DNA of 64,000 nucleotides from Dictyostelium discoideum (Eukaryota): assembly GCA_000004695.1 (NCBI GenBank), contig CM000155.2, positions 1,536,001-1,600,000 of the forward strand, given 5' to 3'. Shown one piece after another: positions 1-17,646 of the stretch (positions are counted from its first letter, which is position 1; every line of letters begins with the position of its first letter). The notes beneath the pieces are model-generated. The model had not been told where the DNA came from, did not search any database, and saw only the letters and a program-made list of their open reading frames with translations. The position numbers and the translations under genes are program-made.

Positions 1-170
1 ATTACTATTTATTAAATGATCATTTTCATTATAATTTTTAATTTGATTCATTAAATTCTTATAATGGTGATCATATCTGAAATACTAATCTAAAATTGTG
101 ATTGTGTAGTTTTTATTCTTATTGTTTTTTACAAATAATATTTTTAAAATAGTAAATCCATTTGATAATT

Positions 171-3145
171 TTAATAATATTGGCAGTTCCTATAAGATTT
201 TATTGTATTGATAATTGAATCTAGTTGGATTACTAATGAATTTCTATTTATTAAATAATCATTTTCATTAAAATTTTTAATTTGATTCATTAAATGGGGA
301 AAATATTCATTATCACATGAGTCCTTAAAATACTGATTTAAGATTGTAAATGATGATTTGGTAATATCAGTTTTGCCAAATTGTAATGATGTTTTACAAA
401 ATTTTACTATTTGAAGTGTATGTAAATAATAATGATATTTGTCACTATAATTTTCTCCAATTACTTTTAAAATATTATTAATTGATGATAATTCTAAATT
501 AAGACAGCACCACCTTATGCTTGGTAGTACTGCACAATTCTTTTTATAAACTGAACATGAATATTCCCATTCCTTTAAAAATAAATCATTTCTTTTTAGT
601 GACATGAATAACTTTAAATTATTCAAATAATCAGATTCATTTTTGACATAGAAACTTTCTTTATCTTTATATGGACGACTTATCATTGAATCCAATAAAT
701 CATTAAATGGTGATTGTTTAATGGATTCTAATGTTATCGATTCAAGCAAATCTTTATTTCTATAATCAATCGATTCATAATATTCATACAATAATCTTGA
801 TCTTTTATAAATGAAAAATAGTTTTATTTCTTTTGTTTCAACATTAATTTCCAATTGATTTTCAATTAAAAATTGATAAATTTGCTCAATTAATTCATGA
901 TTTATATATTCTCTTTTATTCAAAAATGTATGTACTAATATTTGAAAATATAATTGCAAATTTGCTTGATGTGAGGTTGTTGTAACTGTTATTATTGTTG
1001 CTGTTGATGATGATGATGAACATTTTTGAAAATTTCTACTATTTCTATTGATTTGGTTATTTGTTTTAATTATTTCTTTTGATTTATTAAATTGGTTGAT
1101 GAATGATTTAATAAGAGATTCTGAAAAATTTGGCTTGCTAAAATCAAAATCTTCACCTTTAATTATAAAATTCTCTATTATGAATCTTGAATAATTATTA
1201 TTAGATATTATATTTCCCTGTGTATCCTTAAATAAATTTTCAGCAGGTTGGGCATTTAAATTGGTGTTGATTTTAATTTTTGAAATATTAAATTTCGCTT
1301 GAGGATTTAATGTGCTTGTATTATTTCTATCACTATCATCTTCATAAAAACCATTTCTACATATATATTCTACTAAATCGTAATATTCTCGAGGAGTAAC
1401 CATTTTATTATCAAAAATAAAATTGAATAATCTATTATATTCTTGATAAATTGATTCATCTTCTTGATTTAATAATCTTTCATTTAAAGAATATGGTAAA
1501 CAACGTAAATAATAAAGTACAGATTTAAATTGAATACCTAATGAATGAAAATGTTTAATCTCTTGAATATTACATTGTATAATTGCTTTTAAAAATGGTA
1601 TTCGATAATAATATTGTAAATCTTCAGTGATTGAATATAACTCTATAAAGTGATTCGATAATTCAATAGAATCGAAATAGAAATAAATTTCAAATAACCT
1701 TAATTCTAATTTATTTAATGATGGTTCTCTCTGATACCATTGTACAACCCAATCCATTGTTTCAATATCTTTGATAATAGGGAGGGGATGATTATATCTA
1801 TCGTGAAAGATTATCATTAATGGATTCCATGTTTTTGGTAAATATTTTTTATATTTATTTGGTATATATTTGAATAGTTCTTCATATGTTAATTTATTAT
1901 CTATTTTTAGCATTATACCACCAATGGTTTCATGTAAATATTTTTCTATATCAACTTTAAAACTAATTCCTTCATATTTATCATCATCCTCTTCATCATC
2001 ATCTTCTTCTTCTTCTTCTTCTTCTTCTTCTTCATCTTCTTCTTCTTCTTCTTCTTCATCTTCTTCTTCTTCTTCTTCTTCTTCTTCTTCTTTTTCTTCT
2101 TCTTTTTCTTCTTTTTCTTTTTCTTCATCTTTTTCTTTTTCTTCCTTTTCTTTTTCTTCTTTATCATTTTGAAAACCATTGATATTATTTATTTTTGATA
2201 AAAGGGTTCTAAGGAATTCAACTGATCTATTTAAATTTTCATTTGCGGTTGAGTAAATATAGAAAGAATAACGTTTTTGAGGATCGAAAGTGAAATCCAT
2301 TTGTTTCAATATTGAAGGAATGTAATTTTTAAGACTACATTCAAATGCAGTCTTTTTAAAATCATCAATTGACATTAATTCATCAGGCAATACTTCATCA
2401 TGATATTTTGATAAATATAATTCTAATAGTTGATCTGATCGTGTTAAGATAATTAATTTTATAAGCATTTTTTGAATATGATCCTCTTCATTTTGTTCTA
2501 ATAATAATAATAATAATTCTGATTGCTGTTGTTCTTTTGGTTTTTGTTCTCCAAATAATTCTAAACATTTTAATAAAATTTCTAATCTATCTTGATTGTT
2601 AAAATTTTCACGTTCTTTAAATACCTTTTCAATATAATCTAATAGCTTATATATAGTTTTGTAATTTATAGTAACTGCTAAATATTCAAATCTAATGTCT
2701 TTATTTTGACGTTTTATAAATTCTAAATTTTTATTTGATTGATTTGGTTGTTCTTTTATTATATGATTTATCATAATACGGGTTAATGTAGTAAAATGTC
2801 TGCTGTTATCAAATAAATATGGGATAGAATCAAATGAAAATTCATTATCCATTAAACTCATTGTATATGATTCAAAGTTTGTTGTTGTTGTTGTTGTTGT
2901 TGTAGTTGTTGTTTTTGTTGTATTATTATTTTTATTATTAATATTATTAAGAGTTTCAAGTAATAAATTGATAATTTCATAACCACCATTTTTATATGCA
3001 ACTTTTATTATTTTTTTATCTTTCAAAAATTCAAAATTCCTTTTTTCAAGTACTAATTGCAATATCTCTTTATATAATTCAATGTTGATTGATCTTTGAC
3101 ATTTTAATCTATAATATTCTCTTGGTGAATCTATTATTTGTACTC

Positions 3146-3244
<99 letters not shown>

Positions 3245-3548
3245 CATTATTATTATTATTATTGTTATTATTATTATCAATTAAATATAGATTGAATAAT
3301 GACTTTATATTAAATTTACTAATATGAACATATTCATTATTTTTTAATTTATATTTTAGTAATTGAAATTGATTATTTTTAATCATCCATTTTAAATCAT
3401 AAATATGTTTAAATTTTGTCCGATTCTCTTTACCTAATGATATGGGTTCATAATTAATCCATTCATTATTTTCTATATGATCTAATATTTTGTAAAATAA
3501 ATATTTATTGTGAATTACTTTCCAAAATAGTACTTCATTAATATCCAT
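171..3548 (-). CDS. Large low-complexity hypothetical protein (about 1125 aa), single exon
   Basis: Uninterrupted minus-strand ORF (track 171..3548) with dictyostelid codon usage. Contains homopolymeric Asn (about 45 residues, (AAT)n near 3150-3290), a Thr run, and a Glu/Asp tract of about 60 residues encoded by (GAA/GAT)n near 1979-2160. No conserved domain recognised. The region upstream, 3549-4530, is intergenic. Confidence 0.55.
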
Positions 3549-3960
3549 ATTATTATTATTATAAAAAATAATTGTGGAAAAAAAAAAGAAAATAGGAAAA
3601 AAATTTGAAAAAAAAAAAAAAAAAAAAATCTTGGAGAATGAGGATAGTTTTTTTGGTTGAAAAAAAAAAAAAAAAAAAAATTTTTAATTCCAAATAAAAA
3701 AAAAAAAAAATAAAAAAATAATAATATTAATGTTCCCAATTTTTTTATTTATTTTTATTGTCATTTTGATTTTTTGAATTGTCCTCTTGAGGGTTAATTT
3801 TTTTTTTTTTTTGTAACAATTGAAACCACCATTAAAATTGTGGAGTTTATATAATAAGTTAATTGATTTATTTGGTTTTTGTGTTGAAATAATGATAATT
3901 TCCTTTTATTACGCTTTGAGCAAGCAAAAAAAAAAAATAAAAAGAAAAAAAAAAAAAAAA

Positions 3961-4058
3961 AAAAAAACAGATGACTACATTCATTTTATATATTTTTTAT
4001 ATCATTTTGTGTATTTTTGAGTGCTCTATTTATCTATACTAAATTCATATTAAAAATT
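3961..4058 (+). repeat. Copy 1 of a dispersed repeat element of about 95 bp (acagatgactacattcattttatatattttttatatcattttgtgtatttttgagtgctctatttatctatactaaattcatattaaaaattaa)
   Basis: About 96 percent identical to the direct copy at 4281..4378. Both copies are preceded by a poly(A) run of at least 20 nt. A third copy (inverted) and a fourth (direct, more diverged) lie at 26756..26835 and 26897..26995. Confidence 0.7.
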
Positions 4059-4150
4059 AAACAAAATAAATATACCCCATTGTCCATGCCAAAATTACTA
4101 CATTAATTTCAGCAGCCTCAGTAATTTTAGCATGCATAGAGCACCTATTT

Positions 4151-4238
4151 TAATATGGTAAAACTAGCGGGCTGAATTTAATATGATAAAATTGGTATCA
4201 AAAATTAATATGGTAAAACTAGCGGGCTGAAATTAATA
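4151..4238 (+). repeat. Two tandem copies of a 33-bp motif (taatatggtaaaactagcgggctgaa[a]ttaata) inside the core between the flanking repeats
   Basis: The copies lie at about 4151..4183 and 4205..4238, separated by 21 bp. The segment is unusually GC-rich (agcgggctg) for this genome. Confidence 0.6.
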
Positions 4239-4280
4239 CACCCAATCAAATCCAATTTCAAAAAAAAAAAAAAAAAAAAA

Positions 4281-4378
4281 ACAGAATGACTACATTCATT
4301 TTATATATTTTTTATATCATTTTGTGTTTTTGAGTGCTCTATTTATCTAAACTAAATTCATATTAAAAATTAATAATT
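4281..4378 (+). repeat. Copy 2 of the same dispersed repeat element (direct repeat of 3961..4058)
   Basis: Together with copy 1 it flanks a GC-richer core of about 200 bp (4063..4260). The pair sits in the divergent intergenic region between the 171..3548 gene and the Sec23/24-like gene. Confidence 0.7.
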
Positions 4379-4531
4379 TAAAAAAAAAAAAAAAAAAAAT
4401 CAAAAATAAAATTAAAATGAAAAAAAAATTTTTTGGGTGTCCCAATTGAATGTTTTTATTAATTTTATTTTTCATTTTTTTTTTTTTTTATTTTTTTTTT
4501 TTAATTTTCATTTTCTTTTTTTTTTTTTTAA

Positions 4532-4817
4532 ATGATGAATGATTTAAATTTATCAAAACTATCATTAGAAGAATCTAATGATGGTAAAAATTCCCCATCA
4601 CATCCAAGACAACGTATTCAATTCTATCAAGATGAATCAACAACCACATCATCATCACCTTCACAACAAAATCAACAACCACCACAAATGTATGAACAAC
4701 AATCACCAACACCACAAATGTATGAACAACAATCACTAACACCACAAATGTATGAAAAACAACCATTACCAGAAATGTATGAACAAAACCAGGTACCTTC
4801 AACAACACAATACTACC

Positions 4818-4915
<98 letters not shown>

Positions 4916-7900
4916 CCATATTATAGTAATAATGGTTTTGATATTCCAACACAAACAAACCCACAACATAGCGAAATTACTTCACTTGAATTTGGTATTG
5001 ATTTACCAAGTGATGGTGGTAATATGAGTGGAATAACAAATGATAGTATTCAAACAGGTAGTTGGTTTGATGATATATTAAATTATCAAAAACAATATTT
5101 TAATAGCAGTAATAATAGTAACAGCAATAAAGCAACAACAACAACGACAGTTCAACAAACTTCTAATGATGATATAGAAAATTATTTAAAAGATCACATT
5201 CAAAATAAAATAAAAGAAAATCAAGAACAAAAACAATACACCCATCCAATCAATATGGAATATGGTATAGATCAAAGTGTATTATCATCATCAACATTAA
5301 TATTCAATAGACATGATCAATTTAATAAATCAAATTTACCAAATGGTTTCTTATTATCACCTTTTTATCATCCAATTTCAACGCCAACCTCTTATGATTA
5401 TCATCCACCACAATGTGATAATTGTTATTCCTATGTAAATATATATTGTAAATTAAATAAACCATTGGAAGTAACAAATAATAGTAATAGTAATAGTAAT
5501 AATAATAATAAATCAAAAAAAGGAAAAACCTCTTCACTTTCATGGACTTGTTCAATTTGTTTGAATGAAAATTTAATTGATGATGGTAAAAGTGGTGTAA
5601 GAAATATATTAGATGTTGTTAAAGGTTTAGGCTGGTGGAGTACAAATCATTATAAATCTGTATTCTCTTCTGAAACTTTTGATATTAAAATTAAAAAAAG
5701 AAAATCTTATAAATCAAAATCAATTGCTAGTGTAATTGATAATGGTATTGATAATGATGATGATGATGATGATGATGATAATGAAAATAATATTAATTCT
5801 GCAAAAAATAATAGTATTAAAAATAATGATAATAATAATAGCACATATATTTTTATAATTGATGAAAACATTTCAACAACAGATTTAAAAGTAGGTATTT
5901 TAATTTAACAATTCTATTTATTTATTATGTATATTTACTAATTTTTTTTTTTTTTTTTGGTAAAAAATAAAAATAATAAAGGAAATTAATGAATCAATTA
6001 GATTATTAACAAAAGAATTACCAGATAAAAGTAATGTTGGTATAATTACATTTTCAAAGAATATATCAATATTTGAAATGAATTCAATTAATAATGATGA
6101 AAAGAGTAAAGAGAGTTTATTAGGTTTTAACTCTGCAAAATTAATTAGTGGTGCAAATTCCCTAAGTCAACAAAAACATTTACTTAAAAGAAGAAGAAAA
6201 CTTTATTTAGAAACAATTGAAGATAATAAAAAAATGATAAATGATAATGAACTTCAAGTTAAAGAAAGAACACCAAAATTAAATTCAATTTTAACAAGTT
6301 TATTAGAAACATTTGAAAATAATGGTGATCAAATAGTTTATGAAAGTAAACCAATTTCATTAGGTGTTGCAATTGAGAGTGCAATGTCATTAATTGGTAG
6401 TGGTGGTGGTGGTGATGATAATGATGATGATGTTGTAGAAAATAGTTCTAGATTCTTTGTATTTTTAAATGGTTCACCAGATTATGGTCCTGGTTCAATA
6501 CCAAAGATGCAAAGTGGTTTATTTGTAAATGCAAGTAGTATTGGTGGTGGTTCAAAAAATAATAATGAAAGTGGTAATGGATTTAATTTAACTACTGAAG
6601 AACATGCTCAATTGAATAATGCATATCAATATTATGAACATTTAGGTGAAAAAGCATATAGTTTCGGCATTGCAATTGATATTGCATTGATTGGTTATAA
6701 TAATTTCGAGAGTAAAGTTATCTCTAAACTTTGTAAACCATCAGGATTTATGACATCATCTTTAGAGGCATCACATGGTAGAAATGGTCAATCGGTAAAG
6801 GGTGAACGTGCAAACATATTGTTCTCAAATATGAATAATGCAATCATAAAGAATAGTGGTATCTTTGGTCAATTGGATATACATTGTCATGACTCGGTGA
6901 GTTTAACTCATTTAATTGGTCCAACAATTAATAATTCAGATATTAAAAACAATAGATTAATTCAATCATTCAATAGACATTGTGAAAATGATGAGGATCA
7001 ATTAATTTCAACCGATCAAGTTAATGATAGATATACAAGTTTCATCATATCAAATTTACAACAAGATATTTGTTTCTCTGTTTACTATAATCTTCAAGAG
7101 GATATACCATTGGATTATATTCATTTCCAATTTGTAATTCATTTAATTAAAGCTAATGGTGTTAAAATCTCAAGAGTAATTACAAAACGTTTAAAAATCA
7201 CTGGTAATTTCGATAGATTCTTATCTTCAATTGACCTTAAAGTTACCACAACTCTCTTGGCAAAGAAATTGGTTTTACAATCTCTTAAAGATCAATCTTC
7301 AAATATTCAATTTGAATTGGATAAACAAGTTAAAAAAATTTGTTTATCTTGTTCAAAAATTGAAAAAGGTTGGTTTAAAAAATCAATTATTATTCCTGAT
7401 ATAATTAAAAATGAATTTTTAAAATTGTAATGTATCAAAATAATAAATAATAATAATAAATGTATCAAAATAATAATAATAATAATAAATTATACTAATA
7501 ATAATAATAATACAATATTTTAAAATAGAATTTATAAAATTAGAAGAGGATTATTATTTGGATCAATTATTCAAAATAATGATGATTTAGTTATTCATCA
7601 AAATGATTTATTAAATTCAAATTTTATAGATTGTCAAAAACTTTTATTACCAAAATTATTCCAATTAAATAAGGCTAGTAATCAATTTAATAATATTCCA
7701 TTAGATATTTGTTCAATTAATCCAAATGTTATATTGATCTTAGATTGTTTTACAAATATTTATATAATGATTGGTAGTGAAATGAATGATGACACTGAAA
7801 AATTAAAACTCTTAAAAGACCACATTGAATATACCACTCACCAAAGAATACCATCGCCATGTGTTATGAAATTCAATGAAAATGGTCATGATATTAGATG

Positions 7901-8093
7901 GATGAAATCAATTTTATCAAGTTCTGAATCTTATCCAATTCAAGAAAGAATAAACATCATTAAAGAAATATATCCAGAATATAAAGATTTAGATATTAAT
8001 CAAGAATTTTTGAAAAGATTTGATGACCCATTTTCTTCAAATGATACAACTCCTGCTCAATTTGAAAGAGAAATTACAACAAATCTTTTATAA
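4532..8093 (+). CDS. Sec23/Sec24-family COPII coat protein, 3 exons (4532..5890, 5982..7426, 7529..8093)
   Basis: ORFs 4532..5908, 6078..7430 and 7734..8093 join through two short AT-rich introns: GTAGGT at 5891 to AG at 5981, and GTAATG at 7427 to AG at 7528. Phases check: exon 1 ends in phase 0, and exon 2 ends with 'tt' plus 'a' giving Leu. The product has a Cys4 zinc finger (PPQCDNCYSYV...SWTCSICLNEN), trunk/vWA-like motifs (VGIITFSKNISIF, FVFLNGSPDYGPGSIP, AYSFGIAIDIAL) and a gelsolin-like C-terminal segment (ILILDCFTNIYIMIGSEM). The N-terminus carries about 40 Gln and three 'QQSxTPQMYEQ' repeats. Total about 1120 aa. Confidence 0.8.
4817..4913 (+). repeat. (CAA)n coding repeat that encodes the poly-Gln tract of the Sec23/24-like protein
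   Basis: About 32 uninterrupted CAA codons. Confidence 0.9.
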
Positions 8094-8202
8094 AATAAAA
8101 TAAAAACATAATAATAAAATCTAAATCCAAAAAACCAAAATAAAATTTTATAGATAAATTATAATTTTAATGTTTACATTTTTATTTTTATATATATATA
8201 TT

Positions 8203-14722
<6,520 letters not shown>

Positions 14723-14973
14723 TTTTTTTTTTTTTTTTTTATTTATTTATTTATTTATTTTTTATTCTTGTCTGATTTATGTTTTTTTTTTTTTATTTAT
14801 TATTAATTTTTTTATTTGTTTATTATTTACCTATGAAAATAAATAAAAAAAATAATAAAAAAAAAATAATAAAAAATAAAAAATAAAATAAAAAAATAAA
14901 ATAAAAAAATAAAAAAAAATTAAAAAATTAAAATTAAAAAAAAAATATAAATTAAAAATATGGGTGTGAAGAA

Positions 14974-15009
<36 letters not shown>

Positions 15010-15407
15010 TATTTTGAAAATCAAATTTTTAATTTTTTTTTTTTTTTTTTTTTAATTTTGAAAAATAATTTTAGTAATCATTTCATCACAAATTTAATTT
15101 GGATCTGTTTTTTGACCCACCAAATAAAAACAATGACATTAACAGTTTTTTATAAAATTTATAATAAAAAATAAAATTTATAAAAAAATAAAAAATAAAA
15201 AATTTAATTAAAAAAATAAAATAAATAAAATAAATAAAAATTCCACCTAATTAGTTGTTTAATTTTAAAATAAATAAATAATTCGGTGTCATTTTTTTTA
15301 TTTTCTAAAAATAACTTTTTTTTTTTTTTTTTTTATATAATTTATTTTTTTTTTTTTTTTATAAATAATTTATATCTAATATAATACAAAAAAAAAAAAA
15401 AAAAAAT

Positions 15408-16211
15408 TTAACCAGAATTAACTTGATGTTTTGAGGCTACAGATGTACCAACAGTAGTTGGTGCATCTACTAATTGTGAAGCCAAATCAATACCAATTTC
15501 ATCCAAAACTTGATTTAAAATTTCTTGTGATTGTTCTTCCTCACCATCTTGTTCCATAACTTGATCCATTGTGTCATTCATCATTTCCTCTTTCATATCC
15601 ATTTTATCTGATTGTTGTTCAAATTCCATCATAATCTTTGTAAATTGTGGTAAATTCATTTGTCTATTCATTGTAATCATTGCTTTTGTAACACCTTTCA
15701 TTGCTTCTGCCATTGCTTGTGTTGATTGTAATGTCTATATAATATAATATAATATAATATAAAATGTTAGTATATAGAAGAAAGAAAAGAAAAGAAAAGA
15801 AAAGAAAAGAAAAGAAAAGAAAAGAAAAGAAAAGAAAAGAAAAGAAAAAAAACATACTTGGATTCTAAGACTAACAGCTTGTAATTGTGTTTTCATTTCA
15901 TAAAACTTTTGTATATGATATCTGGTTCTAACTAAATCTTTTGCCATAATTTTTGCAGAGTTCTAAAAAAAAAAAAAAAAATAATAATAATAATTAATAT
16001 TTTATTATTATTTTTTTTTTAAAAAAAAAAAAAAAAAATACTTTACCATTTGACCTTGTTTAGCCATTTTCTTAATATCTAATATAATTTTTTTTTCTTG
16101 ATTCTGAAGAGCTACTCTTTCACGATCAATTTCTCTCATTGATTTATTTAAGTTTCTTTGATTTTCTCTTAATACCTCCTTTGGAGTTTTTTGTTTACCA
16201 AATAAAAACAT
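15408..16211 (-). CDS. vps2: ESCRT-III subunit Vps2/CHMP2, 3 exons (16211..16047, 15962..15858, 15734..15408)
   Basis: Spliced product: MFLFGKQKTPKEVLRENQRNLNKSMREIDRERVALQNQEKKIILDIKKMAKQGQM | NSAKIMAKDLVRTRYHIQKFYEMKTQLQAVSLRIQ | TLQSTQAMAEAMKGVTKAMITMNRQMNLPQFTKIMMEFEQQSDKMDMKEEMMND.... Position by position this follows the CHMP2A pattern. Donors are GTAAAG and GTATGT. Intron 2 contains a (GAAAA)n array. Confidence 0.85.
15776..15850. repeat. (GAAAA)n pentanucleotide array, about 15 units, in intron 2 of vps2
   Basis: Perfect tandem repeat, flanked by an (ATATA)n run at 15741-15768. Confidence 0.9.
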
Positions 16212-17005
16212 TTTTTAATTTCTTTTAATATATATATGAAAAAGTTTTATTTATTATTATTATTATTAATATTATTTTATTATTTTATTATTTATTTACT
16301 ATTTATTATTTATGATTTATTATTTACAGGTGTGTATAATAGTTATTATATTATACAAAAATAGTACTAAGGTTATATAAAAATTTTTTTTTTTTTTTTA
16401 ATATTTAATTTACAAAAACAAAAAAAAAATAAAAATAAAAAAAAAATAAAAAAAAAATAATAAAAAAAAAATTTAAAAAAATTTAAAAAAAAATAAAATA
16501 AAAAAAAAAAAAAAAATATTTTAAACGCATTTTTTTGAGAGATATTTCAAACCCTTTGTTTGAAAAATCAAACTTTAATAGTTTTTTTTTAAGTAATAAC
16601 TATTTATAGTTTTTTTTTTTTTTATTTTAATTTTGGTATAACAATTTTATTATTTTATATTTTTTATTTTTTTTATTTCCAAGAATGTGCAAAGAAAATC
16701 AATTGGGAACTCATCACTAATTTTTTCATTTTAAATTAATAAAAATTCCCATACCTGGAAATAAAAAAAAAAAAAATAAAAATAATAAAATAAGCGACTA
16801 TTAATTAAGAAAATTTTAAATGTGTCTTTTTTTTTTTTATATTTTTAAAAAAAATATTATAATTTTTAACACCAAAAAATAATAATTATTTCAACAAATT
16901 TTGATTAATTTAAATACAAAAATTTTTTTTTTTTTTTTTTATTAAACAAATATTAAATTAAAATAAACAAATAATATTAAAGAAATAGAAAATAAAAAAA
17001 CAAAA

Positions 17006-17347
17006 ATGACACTTTTTAGTATTTATCATTATTTAATTCATTTATTAATTTTCAATTAATTGATACTGATATTAACTTTTTTTTTTTTTTTTTTAATAGA
17101 TTCAATTTCATCAATTTCAAACTCAACTGGTTTATCAAAACAAAGTTTAATTGTAAATGTTGATGGTAATACAAGTTCAAGTGGTGGTAATAGTACTTCA
17201 TGGTTAGGTGGATTTGATGGTTGTGGTGGTTGTGGTGGATTCGGAAGTTATGGTGGTTGTAGGGGATTTGGTGGATGTGGTGGTTCAAATTTAAATATTA
17301 TCAATGTTGACATTGATATTGGTCGTCGTCGTCGTAGATGTTGTTAA
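17006..17347 (+). CDS. HssA/2C/7E-family small secreted Gly/Cys-rich protein, 2 exons (17006..17018, 17100..17347)
   Basis: Exon 1 is ATGACACTTTTTA followed by a GTATTT donor. The intron ends in poly-T then AATAG. Exon 2 is in the frame of track ORF 17060..17347. Product: [20 protein letters not shown]...[28 protein letters not shown]...RRRRRCC. Both the MTLF-SISS N-terminus and the Gly/Cys body fit the hssA family. Confidence 0.6.
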
Positions 17348-17646
17348 AATAATTACCATTTAAAATTAATAAAAATACAATAAAATTATTTCAATTTTCA
17401 ATAAATATAATTTCTTTATTATTACAAATTTTATTTTTTTTTTTTATTTTAAATTATTTGTCTTCATAATAATTTCTTTTAGTTTTTATTAAAATAAAAA
17501 TAAAATATTAACTTTAATAATAGATTCAATTCCTAAAAAAATGGGAAACATCAATGATATTTGAAATAATAAATATAATATATTTTATAAGTTTTAATTA
17601 TTTATTAAATTTTTTTTATTTTTTTATTTTTTTATTTTTTATTTTA

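Noticed and set aside
1870-2179. Plus-strand ORF of poly-Ser/Phe and minus-strand ORF of poly-Lys (track 1870..2172 and 1946..2179)
   Set aside because: These are alternative-frame or antisense readings of the (GAA/GAT)n acidic tract inside the 171..3548 gene. They are not independent genes.
3089-3295. Poly-Tyr ORF (3089..3295, +)
   Set aside because: It is the antisense of the (AAT)n poly-Asn tract of the same gene.
4063-4260. Possibility that the GC-rich core between the 95-bp repeats is a tRNA gene or a Class-I/snRNA gene with a DUSE promoter
   Set aside because: There is no T-loop (GGTTCGANTCC) and no cloverleaf. 'ACCCCATTG' and 'CCCAATCAA' do not match the DUSE consensus (A/T)CCCA(C/T)AA. 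The conserved Class-I 11-mer is absent. The core stays in the findings as an unexplained element only.
15300-15408. A hidden terminal exon of vps2 that encodes the MIM1 helix
   Set aside because: Reverse-complement translation of 15000-15408 shows only A/T homopolymers and no (D/E)LEERL-like frame. It cannot be supported from sequence.
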